In this document: one piece after another, positions 1 through 9,500 of the stretch
How the letters are laid out: every line of letters begins with the position of its first letter
How positions within the stretch are numbered: the stretch's first letter is position 1
Assembly (NCBI GenBank): GCA_012518075.1
Contig: JAAYTG010000080.1
Location: 23,048-87,047 of the forward strand
Source of the DNA: Clostridiales bacterium
Lineage (GTDB): Bacteria > Bacillota > Clostridia > Caldicoprobacterales > UBA3941
Length of the DNA: 64,000 nucleotides
Direction of reading: 5' to 3'
The notes under the pieces: model-generated
What the model was told of the DNA's origin: nothing
What the model saw: only the letters and a program-made list of their open reading frames with translations
Databases searched by the model: none
Position numbers and translations under genes: made by a program

Positions 1-639
1 AGGGGAGAGGTCAAGGACTGCGATCTTGTAGCTATTAAAGGGAATGAGCTAGTTATTGTTGAACTGAAGAAGAATTTTAGTGTAGATTTGATGATCCAGG
101 CTACGGATAGGCAGAGGATAAGTAGTGGTGTTTATGTAGCATTACCTAGACCTAAGGCCAGTCTCAGATCAGCAAAATGGAGAGGAATTAGACGTTTGTT
201 AAGACGTTTAGAAATTGGATTGATTTTTGTCACCCTAAACTTATCCAACCCAAGAGTTGAGCTAGTCTTTCATCCGGCTCCATATAATCCGAGAAAAAAT
301 AGCAAGGCCAGAGAGGGCATAATAAAGGAAGTACAGGGACGCTATAAGGATTCCAACAAAGGGGGAAGCAGCAGGAAAAAGATAATGACCGCTTATAGGG
401 AAAATGCAATCTTTATTGCCTGTTGTTTGGAAAAGGAAGGTGTCCTCTCAGCAACAGAACTGAAGGGATTAGGTACAGGTGACAAAACCTACTCTATCTT
501 ATATAAGAATTATTATGGCTGGTTCGACAAGGTGGCAAGGGGCCAATACACTTTAAGTCATCAGGGGAGATTGGCTTTAGAGGAATACTCCGATATAGCC
601 CATCATTATCGGCAAAAGCTTAATGACGGAGCCTCTTAA
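1..639 (+). CDS. DUF2161-like PD-(D/E)XK nuclease-fold protein, 5' end outside window
   Basis: Frame 1 is open from nt 1 into track ORF 88..639. The upstream part reads GEVKDCDLVAIKGNELVIVELKK, a D-x12-E-x-K pattern. The C-terminal half looks like a winged helix. Family name is from memory. Confidence 0.5.
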   Translation, partial: RGEVKDCDLVAIKGNELVIVELKKNFSVDLMIQATDRQRISSGVYVALPRPKASLRSAKWRGIRRLLRRLEIGLIFVTLNLSNPRVELVFHPAPYNPRKNSKAREGIIKEVQGRYKDSNKGGSSRKKIMTAYRENAIFIACCLEKEGVLSATELKGLGTGDKTYSILYKNYYGWFDKVARGQYTLSHQGRLALEEYSDIAHHYRQKLNDGAS

Positions 640-1665
640 CTATAGCTTAAGCTTCATATCCCCATATTGAATCCAACCCTTTATTCTCATTAATTCGGAA
701 AACACAAGGGTTAAAAGGGCGGGAAGAATAAAGTGCATTAATAATATCTCTACTAGAATAAGCCAAGATGGTATGGTTCCTTCCATTGCAGTCCAAGTTG
801 CAAACTGTCCTACCAATCCACTGGTCCCCATACCAGCACCTATAGGGGTACCCTCCAATTTTAGAATAGTAGTGGAGATAGGGCCTAGGATGGCACTGGC
901 CAGGGTAGGTGGAATCCAAATTTGAGGTTTTTTGATTATGTTTGGGACCTGAAGCATGGAAGTACCCAATCCCTGAGCAATCAAGCCCTCTACTTTATTC
1001 TCTCGATAACTAGCTACTGCGAAGCCTATCATTTGAGTAGAGCAACCAACGGTGGCAGCGCCTGCTGCCAACCCCGACATCTGCATTGAGATGGCTAAGG
1101 CAGCACTGCTTATAGGTGCCGTCAAAATCATGCCCATGGAGGAAGAAACCAAGATACCCATGGGAAGGGGGTGGAGGGTGGTTGTAGTATTTATAAGATA
1201 GCCTAGCCATACCATAAAACTGGAGATATAAGGCCCTACAAAACTTCCTGTAAGTCCTCCGGCTATAATTGTGACGGAAGGGACTATTACTATATCCACC
1301 TTGGACTTACCTGCAACCAGGCTGCCAAGTTCTGCTCCAACCAGTGCAGCTATAAAGGCACCTACGGGTCCTGCATTCATATAAGTGTATCCCAATGCTC
1401 CTGTGGCTGCTGATGAGAATAAAACCAAGGGTTGGGCTCTTAAACCATGGGCAACAGCCACTCCAATAGCGGCTCCTACCACAGGAGACTCAGCAGAAAG
1501 AATGTCAGAAAAGCCCTTGATAAAGCCAAGACCGGGCAGCCTAGAAAGCTGTGAAAGAATTAGGCCAACAATAAGTGAGGAGAAAAGTCCTAAAGCCATG
1601 GCACTAAAAGCATCAAGAGCATAACGCTTAATGCCTTTTTTAATAATCCGTTTAATATTGTCCAT
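640..1665 (-). CDS. Polytopic membrane protein, PTS EIIC_2-like putative permease
   Basis: 341 aa, Gly/Ala-rich with multiple TM helices. N-terminus (YALDAFSAMALGLFSSLIVGLIL) is typical of proteins annotated PTS subunit IIC. No EIIA/EIIB neighbour. Confidence 0.5.
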   Translation of the reverse strand: MDNIKRIIKKGIKRYALDAFSAMALGLFSSLIVGLILSQLSRLPGLGFIKGFSDILSAESPVVGAAIGVAVAHGLRAQPLVLFSSAATGALGYTYMNAGPVGAFIAALVGAELGSLVAGKSKVDIVIVPSVTIIAGGLTGSFVGPYISSFMVWLGYLINTTTTLHPLPMGILVSSSMGMILTAPISSAALAISMQMSGLAAGAATVGCSTQMIGFAVASYRENKVEGLIAQGLGTSMLQVPNIIKKPQIWIPPTLASAILGPISTTILKLEGTPIGAGMGTSGLVGQFATWTAMEGTIPSWLILVEILLMHFILPALLTLVFSELMRIKGWIQYGDMKLKL

Positions 1666-1862
1666 ACAAGCACATCCTTACTAAGATTGAACTGTTCTAG
1701 CCTGTTTTATAGGGCATATCCATATTATAACATCAATTAATACGGGAGGGCAATAAAAGCATAAGGTTTCTAAATCATTACGTAGTTGTTAGAGAGATGT
1801 AATGATTTTATTGTGTGGACAACAATCCAGCTGTTTAACTATAAGGAGAGGAGGGCGATGAC

Positions 1863-3305
1863 ATGAAATTATTGAAATTACTACTAGTTTTTATTCTTAT
1901 ACTTAGTTTGACTGCTTGTTTAAGTTTGCCTCTCGGTAGCTGGCCGTCCTATAAAGATGAGAATGAAACAGGGCAAAATCATGAAGTCCAAAACAACGGA
2001 GAAGCTGAAGACTATATAGACGGACATGACCATAAGGGAGAGGCCATAGATAAAAATAGTAGCCTAGATCGGGAAGTCGATCAAGAAGAGGAAAACCTTA
2101 TAGTCAATAAAGATGATGATATAGATAGAGATTATGATGTAGGATTGGAAGAAATAGAAGAAAAAGAAGAGCTGGAAGAAGAGGAAGACAAGGACTTTGA
2201 GGGAAAAGAAGAGCCAAGTCAAGGACTTGAGCTAGTTCAGGTCTTTAATACTCAACTACCCGAAAACTCATCTTTGGATCTTATATATGATAATTATCCT
2301 ATGGAATATGATTACCTTTTAATGTTGAAGAGTGCAAATATTCGTGAACTGCCCACATTAGATGGAATGATTATTAAAAAAATAGGAGCCATGGAGAGGA
2401 TTGCCTTAATTGCTGAAGTCAAAGGCGACCATTTGGAGCAGTGGAATAATGATTCATGGTATCAGGTGGAATGGGAGGAAAATAGCGAGACTAAAACCGG
2501 CTTCATTTTTTCTAGTTTGGCTGAGGTGAGACAATTTCAATTTGATAAGATGGTAGAGGCTATAGAGCAATTGGAGCATTCAGCCTCATACGGTGAGCTG
2601 GCCCATATAAGTAATTACAAGAATGTAAATGGTGCTCCCTCTAAAATAGTGGGTCAAACCTGGGATGAATTTGGCTACAGAAGAAGCCAAAGTGCTGCAG
2701 GATATGAGGAACCCAATACATCTTCCAAATTCAGATATATTCCCGATGGTATGCTGATACAGGTACTGGAAGAAGAAAATGGCTTTACCAAGGTGCAAGT
2801 GGTAGGTTTTGAAGGGGAATACTGGGTGATGGATAAGTACATAAATAGCAAAAATACTTTAACAAAGCCCAATAAAGTAATAATTGTAGATCGGAAAAAT
2901 CAAAATCAGGGGATCTTTGAACAAATCAATGGGCAATGGACATTGGTTTCATACGGTCTTTCCACAACCGGTAAAAATGGGCCCTATTCCCTTGAGACTC
3001 CCCTAGGATATTATATGGCGATTGAGAAAAGAGATAAGTTCTTGTATTTTAAGGATGGAACTAATCAAATAGCTGGCTATGCTCCCTATGCAATACGTTT
3101 TTCCGGAGGCGGCTATATACATGGTGTTCCCGTTGATTACAGAATAGAGGACGGCAGAAGAATAGACCCAGGCAAGCGGGAATATCTTCACACCATAGGT
3201 ACAATACCTCGGTCCCATATGTGTGTGAGAAATTATACTAGCCACGCTGAGTTTTTACATGGGTGGGCGGATATAGGAGAAACAGCCCTTATTGTAATTG
3301 AATAA
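1863..3305 (+). CDS. Lipoprotein with acidic linker, SH3b-like segments and C-terminal L,D-transpeptidase (YkuD) domain
   Basis: Lipobox LSLTAC, then an E/D-rich low-complexity stretch. C-terminus has YIHGVP...GTIPRSHMCVRN, matching the YkuD His / S-H-G-C-[IV]-R catalytic pattern with Gly replaced by Met. RBS AAGGAGAGGAGG. Confidence 0.7.
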   Translation: MKLLKLLLVFILILSLTACLSLPLGSWPSYKDENETGQNHEVQNNGEAEDYIDGHDHKGEAIDKNSSLDREVDQEEENLIVNKDDDIDRDYDVGLEEIEEKEELEEEEDKDFEGKEEPSQGLELVQVFNTQLPENSSLDLIYDNYPMEYDYLLMLKSANIRELPTLDGMIIKKIGAMERIALIAEVKGDHLEQWNNDSWYQVEWEENSETKTGFIFSSLAEVRQFQFDKMVEAIEQLEHSASYGELAHISNYKNVNGAPSKIVGQTWDEFGYRRSQSAAGYEEPNTSSKFRYIPDGMLIQVLEEENGFTKVQVVGFEGEYWVMDKYINSKNTLTKPNKVIIVDRKNQNQGIFEQINGQWTLVSYGLSTTGKNGPYSLETPLGYYMAIEKRDKFLYFKDGTNQIAGYAPYAIRFSGGGYIHGVPVDYRIEDGRRIDPGKREYLHTIGTIPRSHMCVRNYTSHAEFLHGWADIGETALIVIE

Positions 3306-3386
3306 ATCGTCATGGGCTTTATGGTAAAGTTTGATATAATTGATGTTAATAGATCATTAGGTAAAATAATCTAAAGAGGTGATCTC

Positions 3387-4553
3387 ATGAAGAAGGATAG
3401 GTTAAATATTGGGTTGGTAGGATATAAGTTTATGGGAAAGGCTCATAGCAATGCCTTTCGCAAGATTTCCATGTTTTTTAATCCAAGCATGAAGGTTAGT
3501 ATGAAGGCCATCTGTGGGCGAGATGAGACATGGGTCAAGGAAGCTGCCGAGAAATTTGGCTGGGAAGGCTACGAGACTTCTTGGGAAGACTTGATTAAGC
3601 GGGAGGATATTGACGCTATAGACATTACTGCTCCTAATAACTACCACAAAGAAATAGCTATAGCAGCTGCTAAAGCCGGAAAGCATGTTTTCTGCGAGAA
3701 ACCACTTGCCTTGAATCTTACGGATGCAAGAGAGATGCTATCAGCTGTAGAAGAAGCCAATGTTAAGCATCAGATAGGGTTTAACTATCGCTTTGCACCA
3801 GCTATTAAATTGGCTAAAAAGCTCATTGATGAGGGCAAGATAGGTACAATTTATCATTTCAGAGCCTCTTATCTTCAAGATTTTATAATTGATCCTAGTT
3901 TCCCTCTAGTATGGAGATTGGACAAGGATGTGGCAGGTTCTGGAGCTCATGGAGATTTAGGTGCCCATATTATTGATTTAGCGCGCTTCCTAGTAGGGGA
4001 TTTTTATGAAGTAATAGGTATGAGCGAGACCTTCATAAAGGAACGACCTATTGTTGAGAAGATGACCGGACTTAGTGGAGAGGCTCTAGCGGATGCCCAG
4101 ATGGGGAAGGTGACAGTAGATGATGCCACTTTATTCTTAGCTAGATTCAAAAATGGAGCTTTAGGCTCCTTTGAAGCTACCCGTTTTGCTGCAGGTCATA
4201 AGAATGATATGTCCTTTGAGATCAATGGTAGCAAAGGTAGCATAAAGTTTGAATTTGAGCGAATGAATGAGCTCCAGTACTTTTCATCAGCTGATGAAGA
4301 GGGAACTCAGGGTTTTAGATTAATTCAGGTAACGGAACCCGTTCATCCCTATGTAGAAGCTTGGTGGCCTCCAGGCCATGTAATAGGCTATGAGCATACC
4401 TTTGTCCATCAACTATATGAGTTTGTAGAGGCAATCGCAAAGGATAAGCTAGCCAGCCCAGACTTCAGTGATGGAGTGAAATGCTCTCAAGTACTTGAGG
4501 CAGTGAATTTATCTATAGAACGACGGCAATGGATAGAAGTAGATAGTCTGTAA
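3387..4553 (+). CDS. Gfo/Idh/MocA family NAD(P)-dependent oxidoreductase
   Basis: N-terminal Rossmann motif IGLVGYKFMGKAHSNAF, EKPLA motif (FCEKPLALN), 388 aa. RBS AAAGAGGTG. Confidence 0.85.
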   Translation: MKKDRLNIGLVGYKFMGKAHSNAFRKISMFFNPSMKVSMKAICGRDETWVKEAAEKFGWEGYETSWEDLIKREDIDAIDITAPNNYHKEIAIAAAKAGKHVFCEKPLALNLTDAREMLSAVEEANVKHQIGFNYRFAPAIKLAKKLIDEGKIGTIYHFRASYLQDFIIDPSFPLVWRLDKDVAGSGAHGDLGAHIIDLARFLVGDFYEVIGMSETFIKERPIVEKMTGLSGEALADAQMGKVTVDDATLFLARFKNGALGSFEATRFAAGHKNDMSFEINGSKGSIKFEFERMNELQYFSSADEEGTQGFRLIQVTEPVHPYVEAWWPPGHVIGYEHTFVHQLYEFVEAIAKDKLASPDFSDGVKCSQVLEAVNLSIERRQWIEVDSL

Positions 4554-4579
4554 TAAGATATACAATGCACTGAGAAGCC

Positions 4580-4612
4580 CCTTAAAATCTCTTATGAGGT
4601 TTTAAGGATTTT
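4580..4612 (+). terminator. Rho-independent terminator after the oxidoreductase gene
   Basis: 12-bp stem CCTTAAAATCTC / GAGGTTTTAAGG (one G-U), loop TTAT, followed by ATTTT. Confidence 0.6.
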
Positions 4613-4747
4613 CCCCTAATAGTTCATGGGGATATGGTTAGTGGAGCAGTATACCCTTGCTAGATACAATATTTGATTAGATCAATAATCAAACTATTAA
4701 GGATTAGAATAGATGAATACTAGGAGTATTTTAAGTGGGGGATTAAG

Positions 4748-6004
4748 ATGAAAACTAAAGCCGTTAGGCTATACGGAAAAAAAGATCTGCGACTTGAGGA
4801 GTTTGAATTACCAGCTATTAAAGACCATGAAATTCTCGCAAAAGTAGTATCCGATAGTATTTGCATGTCTTCGTACAAGGCGGCTATACAAGGAGCTGAT
4901 CACAAGAGGATACCCAAAGATGTAGATCAGAATCCGGTTATTATAGGACATGAACTATGTGGGGTGATCTTGGAGGTTGGGAGGAAGTGGGAGGATAAGT
5001 TTAAGCCTGGTCAGAAATTCACCATCCAACCGGCTTTGAACTATAAAGGCAGTCTAGATGCACCAGGATACTCCTATCCCTATATAGGCGGTTCAGCTAC
5101 TCATATTATAATACCTAATGAAGTTATGGAGACAGGATCCCTGTTAGAATATAGTGGAGAGGCATATTTCTATGGCTCCCTAGCCGAACCCATGTCCTGT
5201 ATCCTAGGAGCATTTCATGCAAACTACCATACCGTGCCGGGTGAGTACCATCACAATATGGGTATAGTAGAAGGTGGCAATATGGCTATATTGGCTGGTT
5301 TAGGGCCTATGGGGCTGGGTGCTATTGATTATGCCATTAATTGCAACAGAAGACCCAGGATTTTGGTAGTCACCGATATTGATGAGGCAAGGCTTTATAG
5401 AGCAAGGCAGCTTATTACAGTAGAGAAAGCTACAAAAAATGGTGTTGAACTCCATTATGTCAACACCGGTAAACTGGAAGATCCTATAGCAAAGCTCATG
5501 TCCTTTACTCAAGGCAAAGGCTATGATGATGTCTTTATATTTGCTCCTGTTAAGGAGTTAATCGAGCAGGGTGATAGGATTTTAGGCAGAGATGGATGCC
5601 TTAATTTCTTTGCAGGACCAACAGATCAAAATTTTAGGGGCAATTTCAATTTTTATAATGTGCATTATGCTTCTACCCATGTAGTAGGAACCAGTGGTGG
5701 AAATATGGATGACCTCAAGGAATCCTTAGACATGATGTCGAGGGGGCTTATTGATCCTTCCACTATGATTACCCACATTGGAGGACTAAACAGTGTGGTA
5801 GATACAACTTTAAACTTACCCAATATTCCAGGCGGCAAGAAACTCATATATACAAATATTGATTTGGAGCTTACACCTATAGATGAATTCAACAAAAAGG
5901 GGAAGAAGGATTCACGTTTTACACGACTAGCTAAAATTGTTGAAGAAAACAAAGGCCTTTGGTGTGCTGAAGCTGAAAAGTATCTACTGAACAACTTCCA
6001 ATAA
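4748..6004 (+). CDS. Zinc-type medium-chain dehydrogenase/reductase (sorbose-1-phosphate-reductase-like)
   Basis: 418 aa. GHELCG zinc-ligand motif and GLGPMGLG nucleotide-binding glycine motif. Confidence 0.7.
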   Translation: MKTKAVRLYGKKDLRLEEFELPAIKDHEILAKVVSDSICMSSYKAAIQGADHKRIPKDVDQNPVIIGHELCGVILEVGRKWEDKFKPGQKFTIQPALNYKGSLDAPGYSYPYIGGSATHIIIPNEVMETGSLLEYSGEAYFYGSLAEPMSCILGAFHANYHTVPGEYHHNMGIVEGGNMAILAGLGPMGLGAIDYAINCNRRPRILVVTDIDEARLYRARQLITVEKATKNGVELHYVNTGKLEDPIAKLMSFTQGKGYDDVFIFAPVKELIEQGDRILGRDGCLNFFAGPTDQNFRGNFNFYNVHYASTHVVGTSGGNMDDLKESLDMMSRGLIDPSTMITHIGGLNSVVDTTLNLPNIPGGKKLIYTNIDLELTPIDEFNKKGKKDSRFTRLAKIVEENKGLWCAEAEKYLLNNFQ

Positions 6005-6053
6005 TGAGCATCATCTGCTTTTAAACAAGAGAGGAAGAGCAGGAACCATAAAA

Positions 6054-6082
6054 TTGACATGGTTAGGCCTGTTTGATAAAAT
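6054..6082 (+). promoter_or_regulatory. Candidate sigma-A promoter for the dihydrolipoyl dehydrogenase gene
   Basis: TTGACA (6054-6059), 17-nt spacer, TGaTAAAAT extended -10 (TAAAAT at 6077-6082), about 110 nt upstream of the ATG. Confidence 0.5.
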
Positions 6083-6191
6083 ACATCTAATAAAAACTGG
6101 CATACCAACAAGAAACATACAGCTAAATCTAAAGGAACTGGCTATAATCTTGAGAATTTTAGTTTTGTTAGCTAAGTAGGAGGATTTTGTC

Positions 6192-7556
6192 ATGAAATAC
6201 GATTTAATTGTTATAGGCGGAGGACCGGCAGGATATTTAGGAGCCCAACGGGCGGCCAATGAGGGGCTGAAAACACTCTTGATTGAGGGAAGGAGAGTTG
6301 GAGGCGTCTGTCTTAATGAAGGTTGTATACCTTCTAAGACACTACTCCATTCTGCTAAAATATACGATTATGCCAGATTCAGTGAAAAATATGGCATAAC
6401 TGCCAAAGAAGTAGAATATGATCATGGAAAGGTTATAAAGCGTAAGAATAAGGTTGTGAGAATTCTAGTAGCTGGGGTAAAGTCCCAGCTAAAAGCTGCT
6501 AAAGTAAGTCTAGTAGAGGGGTATGCTAGCATCAAAGGTAAAATTCCTGGCGGATATCTAGTCGGAGTAAATGATGATGTTTATAAAGCTAGCAGACTAT
6601 TGATTGCTACTGGCTCTACACCTATAATTCCTCCCATGCCCGGGGCAAAAGAGGGAATGAAAGAAGGGCGAGTACTGACCAATCGGGAGATCCTTGACCT
6701 CAACCAGATTCCACAATCCCTTGTCATTGTAGGCGGAGGAGTTATTGGATTAGAGATGGCCTCCTATTATAACTCCGTTGGTAGCAAAGTTACTGTTATA
6801 GAGATGCTAGATCGCATTGGAGGGGCAACGGATAGGGATATATCCACAATACTCCTTAAAAAGTATCAATCAAGGGGCATAGATTTTAAATTAGAAGCCA
6901 AGGTGGTTACCATAGATGGAGATAAGGTTATCTATGAGCATGGGGGACAAGAAGTTGCAGTGGAAGCAGATAAAGTGTTGATGAGTGTAGGAAGAAAACC
7001 AGTCACAGAAGGAATAGGTCTAGAGACCATAGGGGTAGAAGTAGAGAATGGTGCAATTAAAACCGATGAAAGAGGACTTACCAATATTCCTAATGTTTAT
7101 GCCGCGGGAGATGTCAATGGCATTTCCCTACTTGCCCACACTGCCTATAGAGAGGCTGAAGTCTGCATTAATAATATGGTAGGTAATAGAGATCTTATGA
7201 GCTATAATGCTATCCCGTCGGTGATCTATACCAATCCAGAGGTGGCATCCGTTGGAGAAACAGAGGAAACGGCCAAGAAAAAAGGTATAGATATAGAGGG
7301 CATTAAGCTGCCCATGCGGTATAGTGGAAGATATTTGGCTGAAAATGAAGGTGGAAATGGAATTTGTAAGATAGTAGTAGATAAAAAAACAAATAGTTTA
7401 CTTGGTGTTCATATGATTGGGAATCCAGCTTCCGAGATCATCTACGGTGCTGCCCTTATGATAGGGAAGCAAATGAGTATTGAGGATATTAAAAAGCTGG
7501 TATTTCCACATCCTACGGTTGCTGAAATCATTCGTGAAGGAATATTTCAGTTATAG
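6192..7556 (+). CDS. lpdA: Dihydrolipoyl dehydrogenase (E3)
   Basis: FAD motif GGGPAGY, redox-active disulfide CLNEGCIPSK, 454 aa. RBS AGGAGG. Confidence 0.85.
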   Translation: MKYDLIVIGGGPAGYLGAQRAANEGLKTLLIEGRRVGGVCLNEGCIPSKTLLHSAKIYDYARFSEKYGITAKEVEYDHGKVIKRKNKVVRILVAGVKSQLKAAKVSLVEGYASIKGKIPGGYLVGVNDDVYKASRLLIATGSTPIIPPMPGAKEGMKEGRVLTNREILDLNQIPQSLVIVGGGVIGLEMASYYNSVGSKVTVIEMLDRIGGATDRDISTILLKKYQSRGIDFKLEAKVVTIDGDKVIYEHGGQEVAVEADKVLMSVGRKPVTEGIGLETIGVEVENGAIKTDERGLTNIPNVYAAGDVNGISLLAHTAYREAEVCINNMVGNRDLMSYNAIPSVIYTNPEVASVGETEETAKKKGIDIEGIKLPMRYSGRYLAENEGGNGICKIVVDKKTNSLLGVHMIGNPASEIIYGAALMIGKQMSIEDIKKLVFPHPTVAEIIREGIFQL

Positions 7557-7604
7557 AAGATAGATGAAGGAAGATATGTATTGTTGTCAAGTTCTCTGAC
7601 TATA

Positions 7605-7645
7605 AAGGGATGGGTTATATGGAACCATAAAGAACCCATCCCCTT
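7605..7645. terminator. Hairpin between convergent genes (possible bidirectional terminator)
   Basis: AAGGGATGGGTT ... AACCCATCCCCTT, about 12-bp GC-containing stem. U-tracts are weak on both strands. Confidence 0.4.
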
Positions 7646-7705
7646 ATGGTAAATAAGAGAATTTAATTTGCCAATCCAAGGGTATCGCCTATGGAGGTAT
7701 CTTCT

Positions 7706-8386
7706 TTAAAATGATTTATTGATGTCGGTAGCCAAAACATTCTTGTCTTCAAAGAGTAGTGGTAACTTGTATATTGCAAGATATAATACCAGAGACAGGA
7801 ATATAGCCCAGAGACCGTCTTTAATGGAATGTTGTTTGATAAAGACAGTAGACAAGCTGATTAGAACAACACTAATTAAGGACAGCCAATACCAAATTTG
7901 AGGTAGTTTTCTAAACTCTTTGCAGTTTGCTAGAGCAACATGGACTGCAATTGAATTAAGCACATGAATGCTAGGAGCAACATTGGTATTGGTATCAGTG
8001 CTATATATATGCTTAATCATTCTGGAGAAAATATCGTTTTCTACAATAACTGGTCTTAAGTTTTGAGCATTGGGAAATATCATATATATGGTATAGCAAA
8101 TGCACATTCCTCCAAAAATAAACAAGCATAGTCGATAATAATCCTTTTTGGATACAATACCTAAGTAAAGAAAAGCAATAGCCATATAGGCAAACCAAAA
8201 GAGATAGGGTATAACAAAAAACTTAATAAAAGGTATATAATCATCTAATGGTGAGTACATAATATACTTAGGACGTAGGGTTCTCTCACAGTAGTTGAAC
8301 CAAATCTGACATATCCCATAAAGCGAGAGCAAGGAAAAATGCCAATATTTTTGGCATAGGGCTAGAAGTTTTTCTTTTTTTGTCAT
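7706..8386 (-). CDS. PAP2-superfamily-like integral membrane protein
   Basis: 226 aa, about 6 TM helices. PSIHV and KQHSIKD resemble the PAP2 C2 (PSGH) and C3 (H-x3-D) motifs. Confidence 0.55.
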   Translation of the reverse strand: MTKKEKLLALCQKYWHFSLLSLYGICQIWFNYCERTLRPKYIMYSPLDDYIPFIKFFVIPYLFWFAYMAIAFLYLGIVSKKDYYRLCLFIFGGMCICYTIYMIFPNAQNLRPVIVENDIFSRMIKHIYSTDTNTNVAPSIHVLNSIAVHVALANCKEFRKLPQIWYWLSLISVVLISLSTVFIKQHSIKDGLWAIFLSLVLYLAIYKLPLLFEDKNVLATDINKSF

Positions 8387-8662
8387 GGTGTTTATTACCT
8401 CCAGTAAAACTTGAATGGTTAATGATAAACATAAACAAGGAATTCATCTTCGAAGCTATACACTCATCAATAACCCACTATGCTTATATTGTGATAACTG
8501 TTACTAGCACAACAGATCTGATTATAGTTTTGACTTCTTCGATTTATCAAAGATATACTCCATAAAAGCAGATTCCATCTATATATTTGAACAATATATT
8601 AGCGAATATATTATATAATAGATATGAATATACAAATCTTAAAAATATCTTAAAGATACATG

Positions 8663-8696
8663 ATGCATCAATAATTAATGCATCAATAATATGCAA
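8663..8696. repeat. Tandem direct repeat ATGCATCAATAAT x2 plus partial third copy
   Basis: ATGCATCAATAAT at 8663-8675 and 8678-8690, then ATGCAA at 8691-8696. Lies in a 450-nt AT-rich divergent intergenic region. Confidence 0.7.
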
Positions 8697-8759
8697 GAAA
8701 ATTCTAGGCATATAACTTGTAGTAAAGGGATAGCTTATAGCTTAGATTCAATTAAATAG

Positions 8760-8788
8760 TTGTATGCAAGAGTTGTGTATGCTAAAAT
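8760..8788 (+). promoter_or_regulatory. Candidate sigma-A promoter for adk-like operon
   Basis: TTGTAT (8760-8765), 17-nt spacer, TGcTAAAAT extended -10 (TAAAAT at 8783-8788), 50 nt upstream of the GTG start. Confidence 0.45.
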
Positions 8789-8837
8789 TAATAGATGACA
8801 AAACTATATAGAAAGTAGCGAAAAGGGGGAGCAAAAA

Positions 8838-9500
8838 GTGTACATAGTATTATTAGGTCCGCCTGGATCTGGGAAGGGTACCCAAGGAAATCTATTGTCT
8901 CAAAAGACCAGTATTCCTCATCTATCCACAGGGACTTTGTTTAGGGATATTCTAGCTAATCCTGACCATGAACTACATAAAGATATTCAAGTTATCAAAG
9001 AAGGGAAGCTAGTTTCAGATGAAATAGTTAACAAGGTTGTATGGGATACCTTGAAAAAACCAGAGTATGATAAGGGAATTATATTTGATGGCTATCCAAG
9101 AACTGTAGCTCAAGCAGAAGCTCTGGAAAAGATGCTGGAGTCAATGGGTAAAAAAGTTGATGTTGTAATAGATATAAATGTGACCCGAGAGGTCCTTTTG
9201 GAGCGTTTATTAGGACGCAGAAGTTGCCCTATTTGCAAGAGAATTTTTCATATTAGCCAGGGTCTAGAAAAATGTCCTGATTGTGGTGTACCCCTTATTA
9301 AGAGGGAAGATGATAACCGAGAGACTATTATGGAGCGTTTTGAGGAATACGAAGAAAAGACTGCTCCCTTACAGAGCTATTTTAAAAGTGGGAGTGTCAA
9401 TTATATAGAAATTATTGTAACTGAATCGTCCAGGACAGCTTCCAGTGTAAAAGAGGAGATAATGAATAAACTCTTTGAGCTAGGGCTTGTGGGGAAATGA
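8838..9500 (+). CDS. adk: Adenylate kinase family protein with 4-Cys lid
   Basis: GTG start after RBS AAGGGGGAG. P-loop GPPGSGKGT, FDGYPRT, lid CPICK-x12-CPDC, 220 aa. Confidence 0.8.
   Translation: MYIVLLGPPGSGKGTQGNLLSQKTSIPHLSTGTLFRDILANPDHELHKDIQVIKEGKLVSDEIVNKVVWDTLKKPEYDKGIIFDGYPRTVAQAEALEKMLESMGKKVDVVIDINVTREVLLERLLGRRSCPICKRIFHISQGLEKCPDCGVPLIKREDDNRETIMERFEEYEEKTAPLQSYFKSGSVNYIEIIVTESSRTASSVKEEIMNKLFELGLVGK

Noticed and set aside
8380-8565. 61-aa plus-strand ORF in the AT-rich intergenic region
   Set aside because: It has a TTG start with no RBS, overlaps the start of the PAP2-like gene on the other strand, and has an implausible composition. Treated as noncoding promoter space.
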